Shown: piece by piece, positions 9,408 to 18,606 of the stretch
Position numbering within the stretch: the stretch's first letter is position 1
How the letters are laid out: each line of letters starts with the position of its first letter
From: a virus
Virus record (IMG/VR): IMGVR_UViG_3300045996_004119
Coordinates: 1 to 64,000 of that record
Direction: 5' to 3' (one strand)
DNA length: 64,000 nt
Made by a program: the position numbers and the translations under genes
The notes under the pieces: generated by a model
The model's input: only the letters and a program-made list of their open reading frames with translations
Told to the model about the DNA's origin: nothing
Database searches by the model: none

Positions 9408-9719
9408 TCATCGGCCCGCCTTCCTGCGCATCACCCGCACACCGCTGCTTCCCACCACCTCGCCAGCCGCGTTGACCCTCGCTGACACGGCCTCGACCCA
9501 GACGCCCGGCTCCGCCTCGACGCGCTCCCCGGGGGCCATCCGCTCGGCGAGCTCGGCCCTGGCGCCCGCTGCCACGGCCTCAGCGCGCACGAGGCGCAGC
9601 GCGACCACGTGGAGCGGCAGCGGCGGGGGAGCCGGGCGGACCGGGCGCGCGCGGATGCCGGAGGGCGGGTCGTCCCAGGAGGCGTCGATCGCGGCGAGGG
9701 AGAGGGCGGTGGAGGTCAT
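9408..9719 (-). CDS. Hypothetical protein
   Basis: Start overlaps the nuclease stop. Confidence 0.55.
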   Translation of the reverse strand: MTSTALSLAAIDASWDDPPSGIRARPVRPAPPPLPLHVVALRLVRAEAVAAGARAELAERMAPGERVEAEPGVWVEAVSARVNAAGEVVGSSGVRVMRRKAGR

Positions 9720-11044
9720 GCGGCCTCGCCTTCCTCGTCGCCAGTCGCCTGCCCCGGGTAGTGGGCCTTGAACGTCACGCCCTCGGAGACCGTCTCCCCG
9801 CCGCGCTCGCGCACCCTGCCGAGCACCGCGTCGAGCGCCGTCTTGATCCCGCCGCGGTTCCGGATGCCGGCCTCCGCGCGCGCGGCCTTGATGACCCGCT
9901 TGAGCGCCGCCACGGACCCGCCAAACGCTTCATCCGCCAGCTCCCCGGCGCGCTCCTCGCCCACGATCTCGGCGAGCTCGGCCTGGAGCTCCTCGTATGT
10001 GTCCCGGGTCCGGAGGCGCCGTCGCGTCGTCGGCTGCGGGCCCCACACGCGCCCATCCGGAAGCGCGATCGGCCCGTGCGCCTCCACGTACGCCACGAGC
10101 GTATCCCGCGCGCCGTCCAGTACCTCTCTCGCTGGACCCAATAGCCCCGCCAGGCGCGCCGCCTCCTCCGGCGACAGGTCGCGAGCGCGGGCGAAGTCCA
10201 CCTGCCCGCGGACGAGCGCCGCGGCCTCCGACGTGTGCGCAGGGCAGGCCGCGCGGCACGGGCAATACCGGCAGTGGTCCCCGGTCACCAGGTCGATCGG
10301 ACGGCCCTCTGCGGCCCGGCGGCGCTGCTCGCGCCCGCGCTCGGCCACCGCGCGCGCCTCGGCCTCGATCTGGGCGAGCTCGCCAGGCCCAAGCGGGATA
10401 GCGCCCCCCTCTCCGTCGAGCGGCACGTCCCAGCGCCCGGCACCACCGCCCGCCGCGAAGCACACCGCGGGCACCACGCGCTCGGCGCCTGTCCAGCGCG
10501 CGAGCATCACCGCACCGATCCGCACCTGGAGGTTGCGGCGGACCGGCGGCACGTAGTCGTCCTGGCCGAACTTCCAGTCGGCCAGCCACGCCGTAGCGCC
10601 GCGCGGCGCGCGCGGGGCCCCGTCGTCGCCACCGACGAACGGCTTTGGCTCAGCCCACGCGACGTCCACGGTCCCGGCCCAGAGCGTCCCGTCCGGCGCG
10701 TCGTAGGAGCCCTGGCCGCCGCGCGCCCGCACGACGGAGCCGTCCTCGAGGTAGGCGAGGGGGAGCTCGCAGATCGAGCCCCGCGGCGCCTGCGGTTTCC
10801 ACGCGCGCATCGCGCCGAACCAGCGCGCGGCATCGTCGCCTTCCAGGCCCCAGCGCTCCGCGATGTCGGGCGCCCGGAACTCGGCCTCCTCGCGACCCTC
10901 TTCGATGAGGATCTGCGTGTACGCGTGGCCCGCGTTGCCGGCGTCCGCCTTGATCGAGACGTGCCCAACGCGCGGGAGCGCCATCGAGCCCGGGCAGAGC
11001 GCCGCGCGGTGAGCGCCGGAGAGCGTGAAGAGCGGTGAAGCCAT
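9716..11044 (-). CDS. DUF2800-like PD-(D/E)XK nuclease (RecB/Cas4-like recombination exonuclease)
   Basis: N-terminal CPGS, AGTVDV...ADWKFG, NLQV, C-terminal GDHCRYCPCRAACP. Confidence 0.8.
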   Translation of the reverse strand: MASPLFTLSGAHRAALCPGSMALPRVGHVSIKADAGNAGHAYTQILIEEGREEAEFRAPDIAERWGLEGDDAARWFGAMRAWKPQAPRGSICELPLAYLEDGSVVRARGGQGSYDAPDGTLWAGTVDVAWAEPKPFVGGDDGAPRAPRGATAWLADWKFGQDDYVPPVRRNLQVRIGAVMLARWTGAERVVPAVCFAAGGGAGRWDVPLDGEGGAIPLGPGELAQIEAEARAVAERGREQRRRAAEGRPIDLVTGDHCRYCPCRAACPAHTSEAAALVRGQVDFARARDLSPEEAARLAGLLGPAREVLDGARDTLVAYVEAHGPIALPDGRVWGPQPTTRRRLRTRDTYEELQAELAEIVGEERAGELADEAFGGSVAALKRVIKAARAEAGIRNRGGIKTALDAVLGRVRERGGETVSEGVTFKAHYPGQATGDEEGEAA

Positions 11045-11053
11045 CGCGGATCC

Positions 11054-11275
11054 TCAGCGCTCGTAGACGCACACGGGGATCGAGTCCCCGCTCGGGTACA
11101 GCACCCGGTCCGTGATGGCGCTCGCCGCGTCCTTGACGAGCCCGCGCCGGCGCAGCACTTCGACCGCATCCTCAGCTATCGCCTCGGCCTCTCCCGCGCT
11201 CCCAGAGGTCTTACACCGTCCGAGGAACACGTGACACCAGACCTGTTTTTCCACCGGATTGAGCTCTTCCGCCAT
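11054..11275 (-). CDS. Hypothetical protein
   Basis: RBS GGAGGA, 73 aa. Confidence 0.6.
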   Translation of the reverse strand: MAEELNPVEKQVWCHVFLGRCKTSGSAGEAEAIAEDAVEVLRRRGLVKDAASAITDRVLYPSGDSIPVCVYER

Positions 11276-11518
11276 TGATGTCCTCCCAATGCGGCGAGCC
11301 CGGGGCCCCTGCGGTCGCGGGGCCTCCCGGGCGCGCCTTCATTGCTGTTCGCCTACCCGGCGCTCTCGGGCACGACGGGCGCCCTGGTTTCTCTCGGGAC
11401 CACCGGCAGGGCTCGGCGCATAGGCAACCTCCTCGACATGGATTCGTTTCCTTTCAACGGCTCGGCCCGCCGTCTCCGGTTTGCCGGAGGTGGGCGGGCG
11501 GGGCAGAGCCGCGTTGAC

Positions 11519-12706
11519 TCAGTAGTTGTTCGGGTCGTCGCCGCGGTCATCAAAGTCCGGCGGCGGGCCCTGCTCCTCCTCGGGCGGCACCTCCCCGCGC
11601 CGGCGCCGCTGCTCGGCCAGGATGGCTTCCAGGATCGCCTCGTTCTCGGCGCGGAATCGGCCCTTCTCCGGGTCACCGATCGAGTTCCGGGTGGCCTTCT
11701 CGTAGAAGTCGAGGTCCTGCACCTGCGCGAGCGCGATGCCCTTCTCCCGGCCGAACTTGAACGCGAACGTAGAGGGGTCGACTCGCGGCCCGGGGCGCTG
11801 CTGCCCGTTCCCGCGGTCGGACGGCGGCGTCCCGCGCCGGTCCTGCGGTGCCCCTGGGCCGGCGCTCGCGTCGCTCGTCACCTGCTCCGGGACGGCCGCC
11901 GACACGGCACCGCGCTGCGGGTCCACAAAGTCGATGGTCACCGGCGGGATGTACGCCCCGTGGTCATCCTCCTGAAGCGCCGAGCTCAGGATGTAGCCCT
12001 TCGGGGCGAACGCGTAGACGCGCTTGAGCCCCGTCTTGCGACACATGCCCTCCGGGTTGTCGTACCAGGGGCCGCTCTCTGCCTTGGAGAAGCTTCGGTA
12101 GTAGGCGAGGTCCTCCTTGGTGAGCACCTCCAGCGTCTCTGCCGGCGGTGCACCAGGTGACACCGGCGCCCTCTTGATCTTGGCCCACGCGTAGATGATG
12201 TCGTCCCACGGATCGCTCGAAACGCGGCGCTTCTCTGACTTTTTGTGGTGCACCCAGTCGGTGCCGAGGTCGTAGTCGAATTCGTCCCCGCGGAACACAC
12301 AGCGCGCGCACGCCGCGATGCCCTCGCGGTGCCCCAGCGTAATGAGCCCTCCAGGTCCGACGATGAGCTGGATCTTGCCCTTGTATGGGACAAGGTATGC
12401 CTGGTCTCCGATGATCTCGAGTCCGAGCTGAGCGGCGTGGGTGATCGAGTCCACGAGCGAAGGGACATCGATCGGGTGCCTCGACATCGTCTGGAGCTTG
12501 CGAAACTGCGAGACCGCCACCGACGCCATCCGGTTGACGATGGCCTTGCCGTCCTGCGGGAAGAGCGCCTCGAGCTCCTTCCGCCTGTCGCTGAAGAGGA
12601 TTCGCTTGAGGTGGTCCTCCGGCGTCGCCGCCTCCATCGCCTGCGCCTGCGGGCGCCCCTCGACACCGCGCGCGTGACCGTTCGTTGCCCTCTGCATTCC
12701 AACCAT
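11519..12706 (-). CDS. recT: RecT-family single-strand annealing recombinase
   Basis: AAQLGLE..GDQAYLVPYKG.IQLIVG, VFRGDEF, PWYDNPEGMCRKT.LKR. Confidence 0.88.
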   Translation of the reverse strand: MVGMQRATNGHARGVEGRPQAQAMEAATPEDHLKRILFSDRRKELEALFPQDGKAIVNRMASVAVSQFRKLQTMSRHPIDVPSLVDSITHAAQLGLEIIGDQAYLVPYKGKIQLIVGPGGLITLGHREGIAACARCVFRGDEFDYDLGTDWVHHKKSEKRRVSSDPWDDIIYAWAKIKRAPVSPGAPPAETLEVLTKEDLAYYRSFSKAESGPWYDNPEGMCRKTGLKRVYAFAPKGYILSSALQEDDHGAYIPPVTIDFVDPQRGAVSAAVPEQVTSDASAGPGAPQDRRGTPPSDRGNGQQRPGPRVDPSTFAFKFGREKGIALAQVQDLDFYEKATRNSIGDPEKGRFRAENEAILEAILAEQRRRRGEVPPEEEQGPPPDFDDRGDDPNNY

Positions 12707-12795
12707 GGTCTCTCCCGTGCGGCTCGCGCCGCTCACCTCAGCCTGTCGCTCGTCGGGCTCGTCTCAGCGCGCACGCCAGACACCGACCAGCGGAT

Positions 12796-12826
12796 ATGAT
12801 AGGTCGTGGACGCGAACATGCCAGTC
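12796..12826 (-). promoter_or_regulatory. Putative leftward promoter (CTGGCA-N17-TATCAT) upstream of recT
   Basis: Good -10 and 17-bp spacer; same -35 region as the 5742-5772 site. Confidence 0.55.
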
Positions 12827-12886
12827 TGAATGCGTTGTGTCGACCACCAGATTCGTTCGTCCTGCGCGCTGCTCTTCGGTCAGCAT

Positions 12887-13138
12887 CTACTCCTCCACCG
12901 CGCACAGGATCCCCGCCGTGGCGAGTCGAGCTCGCAGCGCCGCGAGGCCGATGATGGGCGCCACTCGCCGCGCCATCGTGCGCATGACGGCGCCCTCCCG
13001 CCGGAGCTCATCGGTGCTCACTCCTTCGGCCAGCCAGAGCTCGGCCTGCTCCGCCGAGCTGGCCGCGTTGAACGCTCCGGCGCCAGCCGCCGCCCACTTC
13101 ACGGCCGACATCCACTGCATCGCCTCGGTCCTCGTCAT
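12887..13138 (-). CDS. Hypothetical protein
   Basis: ATG overlapping the exonuclease stop. Confidence 0.6.
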   Translation of the reverse strand: MTRTEAMQWMSAVKWAAAGAGAFNAASSAEQAELWLAEGVSTDELRREGAVMRTMARRVAPIIGLAALRARLATAGILCAVEE

Positions 13139-13878
13139 GCGTCCTCCAGCAAGAACCGCTTCCGGTCGAACCGCTCGCTCTCGACGATCGGTCGCAGGCC
13201 GGGCGTCCGCTCGAACAGCGACACCAGCGACGCAGCCGACATCCGGTATCCATCGGCGGTCAGCTTCCCCGCGACGTACTCCTTCCGCAGCCAGATCCCC
13301 GCGAGCTGGCCGCTGTCCTGGAGGTTGTACGCGCGGAGCTCCTCGAGCTTGCCCTCTGCCACCAGCGCCGCGACATCGCCGCCGTCCACGCCCATCTTCC
13401 CGGGCAGCCCGCAGCGACGAGCCCACGCGTCCTGTCGGCCCTTCCGCGCGGCCCCGTACTGCGACAGCGTGTCGCAGAGGTCCTCATGCCCGTCGCTGCC
13501 GTAGCGATACGTCACCTCGCGACTGAACAGCCAAGGGATCTGGATGCCGTGCTCGAGCGCGGCCGCAATGATGACGCGCAGGTCGAAGCCGCCGCCGTTG
13601 TAGGTGAGCAGCTTGGGCTCCTCGTCGAAGGCGCGCGCCAGGTGCTCCAGAATCACGCGCTCGTCCGCGCTGCCCTCGCCGAAGGTCCGCGCCGCCTGGG
13701 CCTCGATCCACCAGAAATGGTTGTCGGCCGGGCCCTCTCGCCTCGCTCTGAGCACCACCCCAGCCGCAGCGACGATCCGGTGATGCGGCGCCGCCGGGCA
13801 GCGGTCCTCGGCAAGGTCCTTGTCCGACGGCGGCACGTCCGGGTGCCGGATGGTCTCGATGTCGAGCGCGAGGATCAC
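13135..13878 (-). CDS. PolB-related 3'-5' exonuclease
   Basis: ExoI LDIET, ExoII TYNGGGFDL, HEDLCD, ExoIII YNLQD. Confidence 0.88.
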   Translation of the reverse strand: MILALDIETIRHPDVPPSDKDLAEDRCPAAPHHRIVAAAGVVLRARREGPADNHFWWIEAQAARTFGEGSADERVILEHLARAFDEEPKLLTYNGGGFDLRVIIAAALEHGIQIPWLFSREVTYRYGSDGHEDLCDTLSQYGAARKGRQDAWARRCGLPGKMGVDGGDVAALVAEGKLEELRAYNLQDSGQLAGIWLRKEYVAGKLTADGYRMSAASLVSLFERTPGLRPIVESERFDRKRFLLEDA

Positions 13879-14309
13879 GCCGCGCTCCGCACCAGCGGCG
13901 CCTTCTGCGCCCGCAGGCTCCGCACCGCGCTGACGATCTGGTTGTCGTCGAGGCCCTCGTCCTGCTCAACCCCGGCCGCGTCTGCGACCTGGGCGAGCGT
14001 CGCCCCGCGCTTCATCAGCCCAGCGAGGAGCTCGCGCGCGGCGGAGCGCTCCTCGGCCAGCTCCTCCTTCAAGCGCCGGATCAGGTTCGCCGCGCACGTC
14101 GCCGCGTGCGGGCTCGGCTCGTCCTCAGGCTCGCCGCGGAGCTCGCGCCGGAGGATGTCCTGCCTGTCCATCTCCTGGATCTCGATGTGCCGGTTCCGCG
14201 CGCGCAGGCTCCAGAGTTCCTGCTCCATCTCCCGGGCACTCTGCGGCATCAGCGATGAGTGCGACGACAACGAGAGTCTGAAACGACCGATGCGAATGTC
14301 GATGTCCAT
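13875..14309 (-). CDS. Hypothetical protein
   Basis: RBS GAGGAGG before GTG/ATG. Confidence 0.65.
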   Translation of the reverse strand: MDIDIRIGRFRLSLSSHSSLMPQSAREMEQELWSLRARNRHIEIQEMDRQDILRRELRGEPEDEPSPHAATCAANLIRRLKEELAEERSAARELLAGLMKRGATLAQVADAAGVEQDEGLDDNQIVSAVRSLRAQKAPLVRSAA

Positions 14310-14319
14310 CACGTCCTCC

Positions 14320-14532
14320 TCAAGCAAGTCCGATCTCGGCAACCCGATACACCGCGACTCCGCCATGCCACCCGAGCCCGGCCCGCACGCAGAGCGCCGC
14401 CGGAGCCACGACGCCGCCCACGCAGCCCGGCGCCTCGCAGACCACCTGCCGGCTCGCACGCCATCGCAGCGCGCGGAACTCCTCGACGATGCGGCCGGCG
14501 CCGCGGCAGCAGCGGCAGAGCTGCGCGCTCAC
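14320..14532 (-). CDS. Small Zn-finger hypothetical protein
   Basis: CRCCRGAG...CEAPGCVGG; coupled start. Confidence 0.5.
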   Translation of the reverse strand: MSAQLCRCCRGAGRIVEEFRALRWRASRQVVCEAPGCVGGVVAPAALCVRAGLGWHGGVAVYRVAEIGLA

Positions 14533-15050
14533 CGGGCCTCCACGCGGGCCATGCACGCCTTCACGGCCGCGGTCTCCCGCAACTCCAGGTCGACCGTCTT
14601 GACGAGCGGTGCGTAGTAGGCCGGGCCGTGGACGGCCTGGACCTCCACCACGTACCGGTCGCTTTTCGCGATCTCCTCGGCCTGCACGCGCACGGCGCGC
14701 CGTCCGGTCGCCTCGATGCCCGCCGTCAACGACTGGCCCGCGGGCAGAATGGCGATCACCACGCCGCGCTTGGCCTTCTGGAGCGCGCCGGTGCCGGAGG
14801 ACCACTCCAGGCGGTCCCCGGGGCGCTTCATGGGCAGCGGTGCCGCCGTCGCCTCGCCCGGTCCCCATCCGGCCCACTCGATGTGGGCCTCCGCGGCGGC
14901 CTTGCTGTCGAACCGGCGCGCCTTCCCAGGGTCGCGCGTCGTCACCGGCTCAGCGTGGATCCCGTCGGACCGGTAGCGCTCCAGCCACCTGCCGTACGAG
15001 AACCGGACGCCGTGCGGCCCATGCTCCACGCCCGTCGTCGCCGCGCTCAT
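14529..15050 (-). CDS. Hypothetical protein
   Basis: Coupled ORF. Confidence 0.65.
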   Translation of the reverse strand: MSAATTGVEHGPHGVRFSYGRWLERYRSDGIHAEPVTTRDPGKARRFDSKAAAEAHIEWAGWGPGEATAAPLPMKRPGDRLEWSSGTGALQKAKRGVVIAILPAGQSLTAGIEATGRRAVRVQAEEIAKSDRYVVEVQAVHGPAYYAPLVKTVDLELRETAAVKACMARVEAR

Positions 15051-15301
15051 CGCTTCCCCGCCGTAGCCAGCGCCTTGGCCAACTTCCGATGCGCCGCCGC
15101 CGAGTCCACCTCGCCGCACCGGCTGTACTCGCGCTGGAGCCTCCTCCACAGGATACGCGTCGTCCGGCCGTGGCCGACGTCGGCGCAGACGGCCCGCGCA
15201 CCGTCGAACCCGGTCACCACGAGGCGCCGCTGGCCGCCCTGCGTGAAGACGTCGCCGATGCGCACTGGGATGGTGCGCGGCTTGCCGAACTGGGTCGTCA
15301 T
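15047..15301 (-). CDS. Hypothetical protein
   Basis: Coupled ORF with RBS. Confidence 0.6.
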   Translation of the reverse strand: MTTQFGKPRTIPVRIGDVFTQGGQRRLVVTGFDGARAVCADVGHGRTTRILWRRLQREYSRCGEVDSAAAHRKLAKALATAGKR

Positions 15302-15711
15302 CGCTCCGCTCCTTCCTCCGCGTCCGACCAGAGCGCCGCGCGCCCGGCCGACGTGATGCTGTACAGTCGCTGCCCTCGATTCTCCGGAGACGCCTCCGGG
15401 TCGATACGCGAGGCGATGAGCCCGGCGACCTCCAGTCGCTCGAGAAGCACGTACACGACACCGCGCCGGAGGAGCCCGCCAGACGCCTTCACCAGCTCCA
15501 GGCCGGTCAGAGGACGGTTCGCGTCCAGCATGCTCAGGATGAACGCGCGCCGCAGCGGCCATCGGACGAACGACTCGTCGAGAGCGTGCCAGGTGATGAG
15601 CCACGCGAATCCGCACGCGAACGTGACCCAGGCGGCACACCCCGCGCGCTCGACGAGCCACGTCGTAATCGCTGCGCCCGTCAGCGTCCCGAACCAGATG
15701 AGCAGATTCAT
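15298..15711 (-). CDS. PadR-like winged-helix protein with N-terminal hydrophobic segment(s)
   Basis: ILSML...LTGLELVK...GVVYVLLERLEVAGLIASR...RLYSITSAGRAAL preceded by about 40 hydrophobic residues. Confidence 0.75.
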   Translation of the reverse strand: MNLLIWFGTLTGAAITTWLVERAGCAAWVTFACGFAWLITWHALDESFVRWPLRRAFILSMLDANRPLTGLELVKASGGLLRRGVVYVLLERLEVAGLIASRIDPEASPENRGQRLYSITSAGRAALWSDAEEGAER

Positions 15712-15875
15712 TGCTTCTCTCCCGTCTCTCGCCGCTTCCTCGCTCGCTCCTGCGCCTGCTGCCTCTCCCTCTGCCGCGCGACCAGCAGGAACGGCAGCAG
15801 CGCAGGACCGAGCAGCCACACGGCGATGCGGTCGATAAGGTTCAGGCCGGGGTCGTGATTGCGTTTGGTGCTCAT
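15708..15875 (-). CDS. Small membrane protein
   Basis: IAVWLLGPALLPFLLVA segment. Confidence 0.55.
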   Translation of the reverse strand: MSTKRNHDPGLNLIDRIAVWLLGPALLPFLLVARQRERQQAQERARKRRETGEKQ

Positions 15876-16618
15876 CGCTTCGTCTCCTGTGCGCACTCGC
15901 GCACGATGGTCTCGAGTTCTTCGGCGGCTTGCGCGTAGGTGCTGCCGCGCGCGGGCGACACGGCGGCGATATCTCGCAGATTCTCTATGCATTCCGCCAC
16001 ATCGCCGCCCGTGCGCGCGCGACCGAGGGCATGGGTCAGCAGTCGCAGCACCTCATTTAAAGCGCTCGCGGTTGGCTCGGGAGTACTGACCGCATCCGCC
16101 CACTCGCCGGCCTTCGTCTGAATCATCTCGCGGATGCGGCCGGCGAGATCGCTCGGGCGTGCGAGCGCTTCATTCGCCAGCTTCTGCACCTCCGGCGCTC
16201 CGAGTGACGCGACCGGCACGTTGCCGACGTAGATCACGGCGCTGCCGTCGTCGCGCACGCGCCCTGCCCATGTACGCCCGGCGAGGTCGCTGGGCTGCGC
16301 GGACTGGGCAGCCGCGGCGCACTCGGCACGGATCTGCTCGATGAGACGGGTGATGATGGTGCGCGCGTGAGGCACCGACACGTCCGACGCGAGGCGCACA
16401 CCATCTGTCCCGAGCTGGAGCCACCCGGCGTCCGGCACCATCTCCCGCGCGATCTCCTCGGCGGAGCGGGGCGGGGTGGCGGTGCGGCGGCGGAGCAGCT
16501 CCTGCATCACGTCCGGGAAGGACTCGAGCTCCTGAACGAGGTTGGCGCCTTGGCTGGCGTCGAAGGCGAGCGTGACCTCCTCCGACTCGTCCTTGTCCGC
16601 GAGGGTCAATTCGTTCAC
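15872..16618 (-). CDS. Hypothetical protein
   Basis: GTG with GAGGAAGG RBS. Confidence 0.7.
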   Translation of the reverse strand: MNELTLADKDESEEVTLAFDASQGANLVQELESFPDVMQELLRRRTATPPRSAEEIAREMVPDAGWLQLGTDGVRLASDVSVPHARTIITRLIEQIRAECAAAAQSAQPSDLAGRTWAGRVRDDGSAVIYVGNVPVASLGAPEVQKLANEALARPSDLAGRIREMIQTKAGEWADAVSTPEPTASALNEVLRLLTHALGRARTGGDVAECIENLRDIAAVSPARGSTYAQAAEELETIVRECAQETKR

Positions 16619-16866
16619 GCCCCACCGCCTTCCTCGGTGCACACGCACGCCGCCAGGTCCACCGGCGCCGGCTCCACCACACGCAGCCCCCGCGCGGCCA
16701 TCTGCCTGCGGCGGCGGGCCTCCTCGCGGGAGCGGTTCGGCGGGCCGGAGGGGCGGCGGCTGGGCTCGTCGGCAGGCAGATACTCGATGCGCTTCAGCGC
16801 GGGGCCCACGACGGCGGCCACCGCGCCCAGAAGGGCGAGGGATTGGACGAGGCGAGCGCGGTTCAC
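16615..16866 (-). CDS. Hypothetical protein, possible N-terminal signal
   Basis: Coupled ORF. Confidence 0.55.
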   Translation of the reverse strand: MNRARLVQSLALLGAVAAVVGPALKRIEYLPADEPSRRPSGPPNRSREEARRRRQMAARGLRVVEPAPVDLAACVCTEEGGGA

Positions 16867-17117
16867 GAGGGCCTCCCGCTATCGTCGATCGCCACCGAGA
16901 GCACGCCGAGCTTCAGCGCGTCGGCGACCACCCGGCTGCTGATGCCGAACCGCTGGTAGTTGCGCAGCTTCAGACGCCCCGTGCCCTCGCGTCGAGTCAT
17001 CAGGTACAGCGCCACCACCTCGTCTGGAGCGCCGTCTGACGGCGCCGTGCGCGCCGTGAACGTGCCGTTGTTGATCACGTGGACCGCCTCGATCATCCGC
17101 TTCGCATCTTCGTTCAC
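16863..17117 (-). CDS. Hypothetical protein
   Basis: Coupled ORF. Confidence 0.55.
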   Translation of the reverse strand: MNEDAKRMIEAVHVINNGTFTARTAPSDGAPDEVVALYLMTRREGTGRLKLRNYQRFGISSRVVADALKLGVLSVAIDDSGRPS

Positions 17118-17272
17118 GGCCTCGCTCCTCTCTTTCGCCACCGTCTCACCACCCGCCTCGCCGCGCAGACCGCATCCACCGCGACAGCCCCGACGCTCCA
17201 CGCCGCCAGCACGAGCCCAGCGACTATGACGCTGCCGAACATGGCCGCTGCCAGCGTGCCGAGCGCCATCAC
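17114..17272 (-). CDS. Small membrane protein
   Basis: One hydrophobic helix plus basic tail. Confidence 0.55.
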   Translation of the reverse strand: MMALGTLAAAMFGSVIVAGLVLAAWSVGAVAVDAVCAARRVVRRWRKRGARP

Positions 17273-17517
17273 GCCTTCCGGGCGCCGCGCTTCGGCTTCG
17301 GCGCGGGCTCCTCGCCCGTCTTGAGCCACAGCCGCTCGGCCTTGTCGAACCGCACGCGGCCCGCGCGCCTCTCCCGCTGGAGCGCCCTGTCGAGCACACG
17401 GTCGGTCTTCGCCGTCAGGCCCAGATCGCGGGCCATCTTGGCGAACGTCGCTCCGTCGCCAACCACCCGGAGCACGTCCTCGGTGGTGATGCCCTTCGTC
17501 GTCAGCTTCTTCGCCAT
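17269..17517 (-). CDS. Small basic winged-helix-like protein
   Basis: TFAKMARDLGL...VLDRALQRERRAGRVRFD...W. Confidence 0.55.
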   Translation of the reverse strand: MAKKLTTKGITTEDVLRVVGDGATFAKMARDLGLTAKTDRVLDRALQRERRAGRVRFDKAERLWLKTGEEPAPKPKRGARKA

Positions 17518-17921
17518 CACTCCTCCTCGCCCATGTCCGGGCAGTTCTCCGCCCGGCACTCCTCGCACCAGTCCGGGCTGTCGTCGCAGTCGTGCCGGCA
17601 CACGCGGCACGGTCCGCTATCGATCACCGTCACCGGGCACGCGGTGAGCAACAGCGCCCCGATCGCCATGCACGCCGCCCGCGCGACGAACCTGACCACG
17701 CGGCTCCCCGGGCGCTGCACCCGAACCGGCCGCTCGCGCGCCTCCCGCTCCAGCGTGCGCCGCCGCACCTCGATGAGCTCCAGCTCGTCCCGCGCCAGGA
17801 TCCGCGACGCCTCCGCCGCGATCTCCTCGACCTGCTCCGGCGTCTCGGCGAGGTGCAGAGCCGTCTCCAGCTCCGCGCGAGCCGCGTCCACCGCGCGAGC
17901 CAGCGAGGCCGGCGCGCTCAC
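17517..17921 (-). CDS. Hypothetical protein with Cys-rich C-terminus
   Basis: CRVC...C...CEEC. Confidence 0.6.
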   Translation of the reverse strand: MSAPASLARAVDAARAELETALHLAETPEQVEEIAAEASRILARDELELIEVRRRTLEREARERPVRVQRPGSRVVRFVARAACMAIGALLLTACPVTVIDSGPCRVCRHDCDDSPDWCEECRAENCPDMGEEE

Positions 17922-18103
17922 TGGGCACCTCGGAGCTGCTCGAGCCGCCCGCGGATCGCCGCGCTGGTGTGCTGCGCCTCCTCGGCGAGGACCTCTCTGG
18001 TCCTGCGCGCGCCGAAGCGCACGGCGTGCCAGCTGATCCAGCAGAGGCCGAGACCGAACGCCAGGGCCTGCTCAGTCCTTCGAATGATGCCTTTCGACTG
18101 CAT
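17918..18103 (-). CDS. Small hypothetical protein
   Basis: RBS, coupled ORF. Confidence 0.55.
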   Translation of the reverse strand: MQSKGIIRRTEQALAFGLGLCWISWHAVRFGARRTREVLAEEAQHTSAAIRGRLEQLRGAQ

Positions 18104-18112
18104 GTCCCCTCC

Positions 18113-18574
18113 TCACCCCGCCGCCAGCGCCTCGGCACCGGCCCCGTCAATCCACCAATCCGCGCTCGCCGGGACCGTGCTGTACGCCGGCACGACCTCC
18201 TCCCAGCCGAGGACATTCACGCCGAGCTCGACGCTGCTCAGCGAGCGCCGCGCCGCCTCGCGCTCGAGCCGCATCTCGTCGCCATCGCCGCTCGGGGGCG
18301 GCAGAAGCGTCGAGCGGCGCGGAGCCGACTCGGCAACCAGCGCCACCGATACGCGCCCGAGGCACCGGTCGACGCAGGCGCGCAGCTCGGCGACGCCCAT
18401 GCGCCCGCGCCAGAGCTCGGCCACGGCGCCACGGAGCCAGTCCTCGTCGAGGCCGGCCGCCCACAGGTCCATGAGCACATCGAGCGCATGAGCGCAGTGG
18501 TCGCCTGGCGCCTGGCTATCGAGCTTCCCCCGCAGCGTCACCAGCGCGCCGGATGCGCGGTCAATAGCGTTCAT
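18113..18574 (-). CDS. Hypothetical protein
   Basis: ORF in the early operon. Confidence 0.65.
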   Translation of the reverse strand: MNAIDRASGALVTLRGKLDSQAPGDHCAHALDVLMDLWAAGLDEDWLRGAVAELWRGRMGVAELRACVDRCLGRVSVALVAESAPRRSTLLPPPSGDGDEMRLEREAARRSLSSVELGVNVLGWEEVVPAYSTVPASADWWIDGAGAEALAAG

Positions 18575-18606
18575 GTTCCACCCCCGATCCTCTCCACTGG
18601 TCCCTC

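Noticed and set aside
9716-11044. Cas4 of a CRISPR system
   Set aside because: The Cas4-like fold sits near RecT with no array or other cas genes, which fits a recombination exonuclease
11460-11500. c-di-GMP-I riboswitch (GGCAAACC...GAGA loop on the minus strand)
   Set aside because: The conserved downstream GACGCAAAGC segment and second stem are absent
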